Source: an uncultured Bifidobacteriaceae bacterium (lineage in GTDB: Bacteria; Actinomycetota; Acidimicrobiia; IMCC26256; DASPTH01). Taken from it: a DNA stretch of 64,000 bases. The notes below the pieces were generated by a model that ran no database searches, was not told the origin of the DNA, and worked only from the letters and a program-made list of their open reading frames with translations. Made by a program: the position numbers and the translations under genes. Of this stretch, positions 29,910 to 38,773 are shown piece after piece (position 1 is the first letter of the stretch; each line of letters starts with the position of its first letter). Location of the stretch: assembly GCA_964505725.1 (NCBI GenBank), contig CAZDJK010000048.1, positions 690-64,689 of the forward strand, written 5' to 3'.

Positions 29910-29979
29910 AGGACGCGATTCTTGCCGCGACCACCGGTGCCGTGCGAAACCGGACCGGAGCGTCGGGTACGGTCCGCTC

Positions 29980-31248
29980 GTGGCGGAGCCCGCGCCGATC
30001 GACGTGCTCGTGGCGGGCGCCGGACCCGCAGGCGTCGCGGCGGCGTTGGAAGCCCACGGGAAGGGTCTCTCGACGCTCGTGGTCGACAAGGCCACGTTCC
30101 CCCGGGACAAGACCTGCGGCGACGGGCTCACCGCGGCCGCGCTCCGCCGGCTCGACCGGCTCGGCCTCGACGTGCGCGGTCTCCCCTCTTGGGCCGTCGT
30201 GCGCGAGACCGTCATCGTGGGACCGGACGGCCGCGAGCTGGTGCTCGCGCACCCCCGCGACCGCGAGCTCGCCGGCATCGTCACCCGCTTCGAGCTGGAC
30301 GACGCGCTCGTGGAGCTCGCACGCGACCGCGGCGTCGACGTGCGCGACGGCACCGCGCTCACTGGGCTGCGCGTCGAGGACGACGCGGTGGTCGCCGCGC
30401 TCGACGACGCCGCGGTGCGCGCGCGTTGGATCGTCGCCGCCGACGGCCACTACTCGCCGGTGCGGCGGATGCTGGCGCATCACGAGGGCGGGCCGACCCG
30501 CGACTCGGGACCCGATCTCGGGACGTGGCACGCGTTCCGCCAGTACTTCCGCGGCGTCGCCGACCGTCGGCTGTGGGTGCTGTTCGAGGAGGACCTCCTG
30601 CCGGGGTACGCGTGGGTGTTCCCCGTCGGCGCCGACCGCGCGAACGTCGGATTCGGGGTGCTGCGCGGACGCGGGCACGACCGGAACGGCGGCGCGCTCG
30701 GCAAGCAGCTCGCGAAGCAGTGGCGCGACGTCGTGTCGCGCCCGCGCCTGCGGCGCATACTCGGTGGGCGGGCGGAACCCGACGGCCCGGTGCGCGCGTG
30801 GCCGATCCCGGCCCGGTGGGACGAGCGCGCGCTCACCGGCGCGTCGCGCGTGCTGTACGCGGGCGACGCCGCCGGTGTCGTCGACCCGATGACGGGCGAG
30901 GGCATCGCGCAGGCGCTCGAGACCGGCACGCTCGCAGCGCGGGCCGTCGCCGAGGGCGGCGACACCACCGCGGTGGCCGCGCGCTACCGCGCCGACGTGC
31001 GCGCCACGCTGGGCAGCGACCTGCGGTTCGCGTCGGCGCTGCAGCGTGTGCTCGCCACCGCCCCCGGTGCGCGGCTCTCGCTGCGTGCTGCCGGCCTCAC
31101 ACCGTGGACCCGCCGCAACTTCGCCCGGTGGATGTTCGAGGACTACCCTCGCGCGCTCGTGCTCACGCCGTCACGGTGGCACCGCGGCGCCGAGAGCTTC
31201 GCGGATGCCAACCCGGGATCCCGCCGAGGCGGCCGTACACTGCACTGA
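29980..31248 (+). CDS. Geranylgeranyl reductase-family FAD oxidoreductase
   Basis: GAGPAG, FPRDKTCGDGL, GYAWVFP and GDAAGVVDPMTGEGI motifs. Confidence 0.88.
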   Translation: MAEPAPIDVLVAGAGPAGVAAALEAHGKGLSTLVVDKATFPRDKTCGDGLTAAALRRLDRLGLDVRGLPSWAVVRETVIVGPDGRELVLAHPRDRELAGIVTRFELDDALVELARDRGVDVRDGTALTGLRVEDDAVVAALDDAAVRARWIVAADGHYSPVRRMLAHHEGGPTRDSGPDLGTWHAFRQYFRGVADRRLWVLFEEDLLPGYAWVFPVGADRANVGFGVLRGRGHDRNGGALGKQLAKQWRDVVSRPRLRRILGGRAEPDGPVRAWPIPARWDERALTGASRVLYAGDAAGVVDPMTGEGIAQALETGTLAARAVAEGGDTTAVAARYRADVRATLGSDLRFASALQRVLATAPGARLSLRAAGLTPWTRRNFARWMFEDYPRALVLTPSRWHRGAESFADANPGSRRGGRTLH

Positions 31249-31949
31249 TGGCCGTGACCGACCACTGGTTGAGCACCCCGCACTGGTCGACCGACATCCC
31301 GCTCGACACCCTCCACGTGCGAATCGACGCGCTCGCCGAGCACGGCTACGTCGTGTTGCGCGACCTCGGGCGCACGGTCCCGGAGGCCGAGTACCTCGGG
31401 CTCGAGTACATGGACTGGAAGAGCGGCGGCGACACCAACTTCGCGCCCGTGGCCACCGCCGACGGCGAGCTCGACTGCCGGGGCTTCTGGAAGCCCGGCG
31501 ACGAGCGGCCCGACAAGCGTGGACGGTTCACGTCGAATGCGGCGATCTGTCCGACGCTCGTCGAGGAGGTCTCCGAGGTCGGCGCCGACTTCGGCCGCGT
31601 CCGGGTGATCAAGCTCGAGCCGCAGGGTTACGACGAGGCGCTGCGTCAGATCCACCGCGACGACAACAACCGCTTCAACCCCGAGGGCGAGGGCTGGGTG
31701 GTGCGGAGCTGGCTGGAGCTCACCGACAACCCCCACAGCTTCATGATCCTCATGGAACAGGGTCCCGACGGCCTGCCCGACCCGTCCACCGAGGTGCGGC
31801 TCCCGCTGCACCGCGGCGCGCGCTTCGTCGTCGACACGCAGCGCCTCTGGCACGTCGTGTGCCACCCGGGCTCGGAGCCGCGCTACGCGCTGATCTCCAG
31901 CTTCGAGAGCGGCCCCGCGCTCGCGGGCTGGATCGCGCGCGAGCGGTAG
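31248..31949 (+). CDS. Putative Fe(II)/2-oxoglutarate oxygenase, Asp/Asn beta-hydroxylase-like
   Basis: RVRVIKLEP...IHRD (HxD), distal WHVV His and PRYALI Arg; TACACT lies 6 nt before the ATG. Confidence 0.6.
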   Translation: MAVTDHWLSTPHWSTDIPLDTLHVRIDALAEHGYVVLRDLGRTVPEAEYLGLEYMDWKSGGDTNFAPVATADGELDCRGFWKPGDERPDKRGRFTSNAAICPTLVEEVSEVGADFGRVRVIKLEPQGYDEALRQIHRDDNNRFNPEGEGWVVRSWLELTDNPHSFMILMEQGPDGLPDPSTEVRLPLHRGARFVVDTQRLWHVVCHPGSEPRYALISSFESGPALAGWIARER

Positions 31950-31950
31950 C

Positions 31951-32958
31951 TCAGGCGCGCAACCCGGCGACGATCGTCTTCGCGACGTCGGAGTCGAGCG
32001 TCGAGAGCTCGTAGTTGCTCAGCCGGTCGACGATGTCGCCGTAGCGGCGGAGGATCGCGGGCGCGACGTCGTCGGGCTCCGCGACGACCGCGAACGTGGC
32101 CAGCATCTCGTCGGTGATCAGCTCGCCCATCGCGTCCCACTCGCCGCGCTTGGACATCACGTTCAGCTCTTCTCCGACCCGGCCCCAGCCGTGGAGCTCG
32201 AGGACGCCGCGGTACCCGGGCGTCGAGCCGTAGAACGCGATCTGGCGCTTGGTCGCGATCCCAGCACGTTCCATCGCCTCGTCGCTCGCGCCGGTGACGA
32301 CGAAGAGGGGCCCGCTGATCTCGACGTCGGTGCGCGTCTTCCCTCCGGCCGCCAGCCCACGCTCCAGCGCCGGCAGCGTCACCTCGCGCACGTACCGCTC
32401 GGTGGTGAACGCGTGCACCATGAGGCCGTCGGCGACCTCGCCGGCGACCTCGGTCATCCGCTCGCCGACCGCGGCGACAAAGACCTTCGGCGCGCCGTAC
32501 GGGTTCGGCGGCGGCATGAAGAACGGCGTCATCAGCGTGTGGGTGTAGAAGTCGCCCCGGAAGTCGAGCTTCGTTCCCTCGTTCCACGCGCTCCAGATCG
32601 CCCGCATGGCGAGGACGAACTCGCGCATCCTCGGCGCCGGATGCGACCACGGCATCGAGTACCGCCGCTGGATGTGCGGCTTGATCTGGCTCCCGAGGCC
32701 GAGCACGATGCGGCCCTCGGAGTACCGCTGCAGGTCGTTGGCGGCCGCTGCGAGCGTCATCGGGCTGCGGGCGAACGCCACCGTGATCGAGGTCCCGAGC
32801 TCGATGTGCTCGGTGTGCTCCGCGGCCAGCGCCAGGGGGAGCAGAGGGTCGGTGCTCGTCTCGGCCGAGAATGCGCCGGCGTACCCGGCCTCCTCGAGCC
32901 CGCGTGCCCGGGCCCCGACGGCGCCGAGCGGCCCACCGAGGCCGCCGTCGATCAACAT
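31951..32958 (-). CDS. F420-dependent LLM-class oxidoreductase
   Basis: ELGTSITVAFARSPM, LGLGSQIKPHI..R and YTHTLMTPFF motifs, typical of the actinobacterial TIGR03617-type family. Confidence 0.88.
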   Translation of the reverse strand: MLIDGGLGGPLGAVGARARGLEEAGYAGAFSAETSTDPLLPLALAAEHTEHIELGTSITVAFARSPMTLAAAANDLQRYSEGRIVLGLGSQIKPHIQRRYSMPWSHPAPRMREFVLAMRAIWSAWNEGTKLDFRGDFYTHTLMTPFFMPPPNPYGAPKVFVAAVGERMTEVAGEVADGLMVHAFTTERYVREVTLPALERGLAAGGKTRTDVEISGPLFVVTGASDEAMERAGIATKRQIAFYGSTPGYRGVLELHGWGRVGEELNVMSKRGEWDAMGELITDEMLATFAVVAEPDDVAPAILRRYGDIVDRLSNYELSTLDSDVAKTIVAGLRA

Positions 32959-33016
32959 CGCCGGCACGCTAACGCATCCCCGTAGCCGTCACACCCCCGG
33001 CGTAATCTCCGCGACG

Positions 33017-33856
33017 ATGGGCTTTTCACCACCCTGGTCGCTCTCCCCGAGCGCGTGCTCGGCGTTCAAGGAGTGCCCGCTCGCGTTCCGGTTCTCCTAC
33101 CTCGAGCACCTGCCCGAGCCGCCGGCGCCGTGGACGAGCAAGGGCACGCTCGTGCACCGGGCGCTCGAGCGACTGATGGACCGGCCCGGCCCGGAACGCA
33201 CGCTCGACGCGGCGCGCGACGACCTCGCCCGGGCGCGAGCGGAGCTCGCCGACCACCCGGAGTTCGCCGGCCTCGACCTCTCGCCCGACGAGTGGAAGGC
33301 GTTCGCAGCCGACGCCGAGCGCCTGGTCGAGCGCTACTTCGAGCTCGAGGATCCACGCACGGTGCGGCCGATCGGCCTGGAGCTCAAGCTCGAGGCCGAT
33401 CTCGGCCGGGTGCGCCTCCGCGGCGTGATCGACCGTCTCGACCTCGACGAGCACGGCGACCTCGTCGTCACCGACTACAAGACCGGCGCGGTGCCGAGCG
33501 AGCAGTGGGAAGCCAAGAGCCTGAGCGGCGTGCACGTCTACGCGCTCCTCTGCGAGCGCATGATCGGCCAACGCCCGGCGCGGGTGCAGCTCTACTACTT
33601 GTCGCGTCCCGAGGCGATCATCGCCACCCCCACCGACCAGACCGTCAGGGGCGTCGAGCGGCGAACGACCGCGATGTGGGAGGCGATCGCACAATCGTGC
33701 GCGAGGGACGACTTCCGGCCCCACCCCGGGCGGCTCTGCGACTTCTGCTCGTTCCGCCCCTACTGCCCGGCGTTCGGCGGCGACCCGATCGACGCCGCGG
33801 AGCTGCGCGGGCCGGGCACGGTCATCGCGCCCGAGCTGCCGCTGGTCGACGCGTAG
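33017..33856 (+). CDS. RecB-family PD-(D/E)XK nuclease with Fe-S cluster cysteines
   Basis: LSPS...FKECP, GTLVHRALE, GVIDRLD, TDYKTG and CDFCSFRPYC motifs. Confidence 0.88.
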   Translation: MGFSPPWSLSPSACSAFKECPLAFRFSYLEHLPEPPAPWTSKGTLVHRALERLMDRPGPERTLDAARDDLARARAELADHPEFAGLDLSPDEWKAFAADAERLVERYFELEDPRTVRPIGLELKLEADLGRVRLRGVIDRLDLDEHGDLVVTDYKTGAVPSEQWEAKSLSGVHVYALLCERMIGQRPARVQLYYLSRPEAIIATPTDQTVRGVERRTTAMWEAIAQSCARDDFRPHPGRLCDFCSFRPYCPAFGGDPIDAAELRGPGTVIAPELPLVDA

Positions 33857-35882
33857 CCGGCGCCGGCGCGCGGAGGGCGGCCGGGAGCGGCGCCGAGTGC
33901 ACGATCGAGAGGTGCTGGATCGGTCGTGTCAACGCGACGTACAGGAGCCGCAAGCCGCGCACGGTGCCGCCCGCGATGGCAGCGGGCTCCACGACGACCA
34001 CCGCGTCGAACTCGAGCCCCTTCGCCTCCGGCGCCGACAGGAGCGTGACCCGGCGCCCGAGGCCGTCGCGCGCAGCCACGCCGTGCGGCACGTCGTGCGC
34101 GTCGAGCGCGCGCGCCGCGGCGCCGACCGCGTCGGGCGCCACGATGCAACCCACGAGGAACCCTTCCGCCGCCAGCTCGCCCGCCTCCGCCGCGGCGCGC
34201 CCGTAGAGCGCGCCTGCGTCGGCGTGCAGCACCCGGGGCGGCCGGGTGCCCGGCCGCACCGACCTCATGGGCGCGACGGTCGGCGCCGCCTCGGGGAGCA
34301 GCCGCGCCGCCAGCTCGACGACCGCGGCCGGCGCCCGGTACCCGAGCCGGAGCTCGTGCACGTCGCGACCGTCGGGCGCGGGCAGGTGCGCGACCACGTC
34401 GTCCCACGAGCGGTGGGACCACACCGCGGTGGCCTGGGCGAGGTCGCCGAGCAGGGTGACCGATCCGCGCGGCGCCCGCCGGGCGATCATGCGCAGCTCC
34501 ATCGGCGACAGATCCTGCGCCTCGTCCACCACGACGTGGCCGTAGGTGCTCGTGTGACCGTCGATCAGGTCGCGCGCCTCGTCGACGAGCGCCCGGTCGC
34601 CGGGTGCCCACGCGACGCGGCTGCGGGACCGGGCGGCCGGGCGCAGGATCGCGGCCTGCTCCGACTCGTCGAGCACACCGGCCGCGGCCCGCCCGAGGCG
34701 CGCGCGGCTCCCGACCAGGTCCGCCACCAGCGTCGCCGGCGACACCGACGGCCAGACCTCGTCGAGCGCGGCGCGGAACGCGGGGTCGGCGCCGATCGCC
34801 CGCGGGTCGACCGCGTCCAGCGCGCCGGCGGCTCGCGCGAGCGCGCGCGCGAGCCGTGCCCGCAGGGCGGCGCGGGCGGCCCGGTACGGCAGGGCGCGGG
34901 CCGCGACCTCGCGGACGACGTCGTCGACCTGCTCGCGCGCGAGCACCACCCGGCGCGGCCCGACGCGCACGGTCAGGTCGTCGCCGGCGACGGCACGCCG
35001 CTGCTCGAGCGCGCGGGCGATCACCGTCGCCATGCGCGCGTCGCCCTTGACCCTCTGCGCGTCCTCACCGTCGACCGCCCGTACCTCGATCTGGGGCACG
35101 AGGTCGTCCAGCGTGACCTGCACGACCGCCTCCTCGCCGAGCGAGGGCAGGACCTGGGCGATGTACCCGAGGAACGTCCGGGAAGGACCGACGACGAGCA
35201 CCTCGGCGCGCGCGAGCTCGGGATGGTTGAAGAGGAGGTACGCGGCGCGGTGCAGCCCAATCGCGGTCTTGCCCGACCCGGGCCCGCCCTGCACCGCACG
35301 CACGCCCGCGAGCGGCGCGCGGATCACCTCGTCCTGTTCGAGCTGGATGGTGGCGACGATGTCGAGCATCTCGCCGGTGCGCGAGCGCTCGAGCTCGGCG
35401 AGCAGCGCGTCCCCGCCGCGCAGGTGCACGACGCCGGTGTCCCCGTCGGTCGCGGCGCCGGCAGCCGGCTCACCCGAGAAGACGTCGTCGGCGAGCGAGA
35501 CGAGCCGGCGCTGCTCGACCACGAGCTGCCGCCGGCTCACGAGGCCATGCGGCTCGCCCGGCCGCGCCCGGTAGAACGCCTCCGCGACCGGCGTCCGCCA
35601 CTCGATCACCACCGGGTCGCCCCGCTCGGTCTCCACGTGCCGGCGGCCCACGTACCAGCGCTCGCTCGTCACCTCGTCGATCCGGCCGAACAGCAGCGGC
35701 CGGGGCGAGTCGCCGAGCGCCGCGATGCGCCGTCGCACCGCAACCTCGTGGTCGAGGTCGACGAAACCGCCGGTCGCCATGAGCCGCTCGAAGATGTCGA
35801 CGGTGCGGGCGCGCATGGCGCCGAGCGACGCGTAGGCGAGGTCGACGTAGGCCTGCTCGGCCGCCAGCTCGTCGGTCACCAC
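33822..35882 (-). CDS. helD: HelD-family RNA polymerase-associated SF1 ATPase
   Basis: LFGRID, YVGR, VIEWRTPVA, DIVATIQLEQDEVIR, QGGPGSGKT, VVDEAQD and KGLEFD motifs. Confidence 0.85.
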   Translation of the reverse strand: MVTDELAAEQAYVDLAYASLGAMRARTVDIFERLMATGGFVDLDHEVAVRRRIAALGDSPRPLLFGRIDEVTSERWYVGRRHVETERGDPVVIEWRTPVAEAFYRARPGEPHGLVSRRQLVVEQRRLVSLADDVFSGEPAAGAATDGDTGVVHLRGGDALLAELERSRTGEMLDIVATIQLEQDEVIRAPLAGVRAVQGGPGSGKTAIGLHRAAYLLFNHPELARAEVLVVGPSRTFLGYIAQVLPSLGEEAVVQVTLDDLVPQIEVRAVDGEDAQRVKGDARMATVIARALEQRRAVAGDDLTVRVGPRRVVLAREQVDDVVREVAARALPYRAARAALRARLARALARAAGALDAVDPRAIGADPAFRAALDEVWPSVSPATLVADLVGSRARLGRAAAGVLDESEQAAILRPAARSRSRVAWAPGDRALVDEARDLIDGHTSTYGHVVVDEAQDLSPMELRMIARRAPRGSVTLLGDLAQATAVWSHRSWDDVVAHLPAPDGRDVHELRLGYRAPAAVVELAARLLPEAAPTVAPMRSVRPGTRPPRVLHADAGALYGRAAAEAGELAAEGFLVGCIVAPDAVGAAARALDAHDVPHGVAARDGLGRRVTLLSAPEAKGLEFDAVVVVEPAAIAGGTVRGLRLLYVALTRPIQHLSIVHSAPLPAALRAPAPATRRPAAARAR

Positions 35883-35944
35883 CGCCGGTCGGCCCCGCGG
35901 ATCGAGAGTGGGAATCGGGGAGGCCCATCGGGCAATCTGGCGCG

Positions 35945-36796
35945 ATGCCCGACCTGACCCTGCTCGCAGTGCACGCGCACCCCGACGACGAGTCGAACGG
36001 GACCGGCGGGACCCTCGCCCGGTACGCCGCCGAGGGTGTCCGCACCGTGCTCGTCACCTGCACCAACGGCGAATTCGGCGACGCGCCCGGAGGCATCAAG
36101 CCGGGTGAGCCCGGTCACGATCCGGAGGAGGTCGCCCGGATCCGCCTCGCCGAGCTCCGCCGAGCCGCCGACGCGCTGGGCATCCGGCACACCGAGACCC
36201 TGGGGTACCGCGACTCGGGGATGAAGGATTGGCCCCAGAACGAGGACCCCGACGCGTTCCTCCACCAGCCGGTCGAGGACGTCGCGGCCCGGGTGGCCGC
36301 GCTCTACGAGAAGTTCGAGCCCCAGGTGGTCGTGACCTACTTCGACAACGCGGGCTACAACCATCCCGACCACCTGCACGCGCATTCGGTCGCGCAGGCG
36401 GCGCTCGACGTGAGCGGGATACCCAGCAAGCTCTACCTCATCGCGCGTCCCCGCTCCTACCGCGTATCTTTGAGTGAGGTCGCGGCCGAGTACGACGTCG
36501 AGCTGCCGTCGGCGTTCCGGCCGTCGCAGGACCAGGGCGCGTCGCTGGCGGTGCCGGCACCTCGCCCGTTCGGGGTGGACGACTCCCTCATCACCACGAC
36601 CGTCGACGTGCGCGAGTACGCGGCGCGCAAGCGCGCCGCCCTCGCCGCGCACGCGAGCCAGCTCGACGGGTCGTTCTTCCTGCGCTTCCCGCCCGAGGGG
36701 TTCGCACGCGCCTTCGGCACCGAGACGTTCATCCGGGCATTCGACCGCACCGGCGCCCCGGTACCGGAGGACGACCTGTTCGCAGGGCTGCGCTGA
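35945..36796 (+). CDS. PIG-L family deacetylase (Mca/MshB-like)
   Basis: VHAHPDDES, TNGE.G, RLAEL, GYRDSGM and HPDH motifs. Confidence 0.88.
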   Translation: MPDLTLLAVHAHPDDESNGTGGTLARYAAEGVRTVLVTCTNGEFGDAPGGIKPGEPGHDPEEVARIRLAELRRAADALGIRHTETLGYRDSGMKDWPQNEDPDAFLHQPVEDVAARVAALYEKFEPQVVVTYFDNAGYNHPDHLHAHSVAQAALDVSGIPSKLYLIARPRSYRVSLSEVAAEYDVELPSAFRPSQDQGASLAVPAPRPFGVDDSLITTTVDVREYAARKRAALAAHASQLDGSFFLRFPPEGFARAFGTETFIRAFDRTGAPVPEDDLFAGLR

Positions 36797-36929
36797 CGGG
36801 AGCGCCGTCTGCCCCGTCTTTCGGGCAAATCCCGCCGGCCACCCGGAGCCATGGATCAGAAAGCCCCGAGCCGCCCGGGCGGGGACGATGGGCGCGCGGC
36901 GACTCCGGGCGCGCGCGGGAGCGGCCACG

Positions 36930-37060
36930 ATCGCAGGAAATCGCCGCACGATTCGACCCTACCAGCCCGGGCGGCCCGGTTCAAGGGAAGGAGAGGACTC
37001 TCAAATGAGTCAGACCTCTCGGTTCCTCTTCCGCTGCAAGGCCCCGGATCGAACCTGCAA
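36930..37060 (-). ncRNA. Candidate rod-shaped sRNA with a central bubble (6S-like topology)
   Basis: Minus-strand promoter TTGCGC-N17-TATTGT, no downstream minus-strand CDS, and nested stems. Confidence 0.4.
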
Positions 37061-37066
37061 ATTGGC

Positions 37067-37095
37067 ACAATAGACCATCGCAGGCGGTCGCGCAA
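37067..37095 (-). promoter_or_regulatory. SigA-type promoter
   Basis: -35 TTGCGC (37095-37090), 17-nt spacer, -10 TATTGT (37072-37067). Confidence 0.5.
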
Positions 37096-37154
37096 GGACT
37101 CTTTGCGACGGCCGTCGGAGCGGCACCCTCGCCGCACGCCGGTACCCTCGTGCA

Positions 37155-37712
37155 GTGATGCCGCGCCGCTCCGCACGCGAAGTGCGGCTCGTCGACCGCA
37201 TCACCTCCTTCGACGAGGCGGTCGACAAGTGGGCCGAGGGGGTGCGCTCGCCCCGCCTGGATCCGCTCTTCTACGGGCTCTCGAGCGCGGCCGACCACGG
37301 GCTCCTCTGGCTCGCGCTCGGCGGCGGGCGCGCCGCCCGCACCGGCGACCCGACGCTCCTGGTGCGCCTCGCCACCGTGCTCGGCGTGGAGTCCGCGCTG
37401 ACCAACGGGCCGATCAAGCAGCTCTTCCGGCGCGTGCGTCCGCTGCGCGAGGACGACGACGGCCATCTGCCCTACGGGATGCACCGCCCGATCACGAGCT
37501 CGTTCCCCTCGGGGCACGCGGCATCCGCGTTCACCGCCGCGACCCTGCTCGCGGGCGGGCCCTCGACGCCGCTGCTGTACGCGCTCGCCACCGCGGTCGC
37601 CACCAGCCGCGTGTACGTGCGCATGCACCACGCCTCCGACGTCGTCGCCGGCGCCGCAGTGGGGCTCGCCATGGGGCTGGTCGCGCGGCGGCTGCTCCCG
37701 CTCGGGCGCTGA
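37155..37712 (+). CDS. PAP2-family phosphatase
   Basis: KQLFRRVRP, SFPSGHA and SRVYVRMHHASDV motifs; TACCCT lies 6 nt before the GTG. Confidence 0.9.
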   Translation: MMPRRSAREVRLVDRITSFDEAVDKWAEGVRSPRLDPLFYGLSSAADHGLLWLALGGGRAARTGDPTLLVRLATVLGVESALTNGPIKQLFRRVRPLREDDDGHLPYGMHRPITSSFPSGHAASAFTAATLLAGGPSTPLLYALATAVATSRVYVRMHHASDVVAGAAVGLAMGLVARRLLPLGR

Positions 37713-37788
37713 CCCGTCGTCCGCGCCGTGGGGTGGTTCGCGCAGCCAGGATTAGCCTCGGTCACGAGTCAGAGCCTGGAGGTCTGCC

Positions 37789-38379
37789 GTGGCCCGTTCC
37801 GTCGCCGTCACCTTCGACTACCGCTGCCCGTTCGCCTACAACGGCAACCTGGCCGCGATCGAGCTGCTCCGCCGCGGCGGCTCCGACGTCGACTTCCGTT
37901 TCGTCCCGTTCTCGCTCGACCAGGTGCACGTGGAGGAGGGCCAACCGGCGATGTGGGAGCGCGAGCCCGACGGTTGGGGCAGCGGGGTCGTGGCGCTCCT
38001 CTACGGCATCGCGTGCCGTGACGCGTTCGCCGACCAGTTCTTCGACGCCCACCTCGCGCTGTTCGCGGCGCGCCACGTCGAGGGCAAGCAGCTCCAGGAC
38101 GAAGCCGTGCTGCGCGACGCGGTCGCGTCGGCGGGGCTCGATCCCGACGCAGTGGCGGAGGAGGCGTGGAGCGGCCGCCCGCTGAAGACCCTGCAGGCCG
38201 AGCACACGGAGAGCGTCGAACGCTACGGCGTGTTCGGCGTGCCGACCTACCTCGAGGGCGATCAGGCCGCCTTCATCCGCTTCATGGACCGCGGCAACGT
38301 CGACGACCTCGTGCGCGCGCTCGACATGCTGCAGTGGTCGGCGCTGAACGAGTTCAAGCGACCGCGCATCCCGCGCTGA
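37789..38379 (+). CDS. DsbA-like thioredoxin-fold protein
   Basis: TFDYRCPFAY and YGVFGVPT motifs; GGAGG RBS. Confidence 0.8.
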   Translation: MARSVAVTFDYRCPFAYNGNLAAIELLRRGGSDVDFRFVPFSLDQVHVEEGQPAMWEREPDGWGSGVVALLYGIACRDAFADQFFDAHLALFAARHVEGKQLQDEAVLRDAVASAGLDPDAVAEEAWSGRPLKTLQAEHTESVERYGVFGVPTYLEGDQAAFIRFMDRGNVDDLVRALDMLQWSALNEFKRPRIPR

Positions 38380-38736
38380 TCAGTGTCGGGGTGACCGGCT
38401 CGTGAGGTCGTCGGTCGCCTCCAGCCACTCCTCGAATCCCGGGTCGCGCCAGTGCGCGTGCCGGCACGAGCTGGTGAGGTCGAGCACGTAGAGGTGCAGG
38501 GTCGGCGCGTCGTCGGCGAGGTCCACCAGGGCGCCGGCGCCTGCGAACGGCGCGCCGGCGCCGAGCAGGTCGACGAGCGCGACCGCGGCGAGGATGCGGC
38601 TCCGGCACGTCGGGCACGCCGACACCGTCGCTGCCTCGAGACCGTCGGTGACCGCGAGCAGAGCCGCCGCGTCGTCGCGGTCGAGGCGCACCTCGCCGCC
38701 GTCGTCGTCCAGCACCGCGAGGACCGCCCCGCTCAC
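38380..38736 (-). CDS. Hypothetical protein with CPxC and Cys/His residues
   Basis: GC3-rich ORF preceded by TACCGT; contains SACPTCRSR and SCRHAHW. Confidence 0.6.
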   Translation of the reverse strand: MSGAVLAVLDDDGGEVRLDRDDAAALLAVTDGLEAATVSACPTCRSRILAAVALVDLLGAGAPFAGAGALVDLADDAPTLHLYVLDLTSSCRHAHWRDPGFEEWLEATDDLTSRSPRH

Positions 38737-38773
38737 GCCCCGCACGGTAGCGGCGGCCGGTAGCGTCCTCGAG

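Noticed and set aside
33017-33856. Cas4 of a CRISPR system
   Set aside because: No repeat-spacer array, cas1 or cas2 anywhere in the window.
35883-35944. Rifamycin-associated element that would make helD a HelR resistance gene
   Set aside because: No clear ~19-bp palindrome in the short intergenic region.
36820-36890. c-di-GMP-I riboswitch (GGGCAAA...GCCATGG)
   Set aside because: The GAAA tetraloop stem and GACGCAAA junction are missing.
37040-37060. tRNA T-loop-like GGTTCGATCC
   Set aside because: No matching T-stem, acceptor stem or anticodon arm; better explained as one strand of the sRNA closing stem.
37063-37080. Sigma54-like TGGCAC
   Set aside because: No TTGC -12 element at the required spacing.
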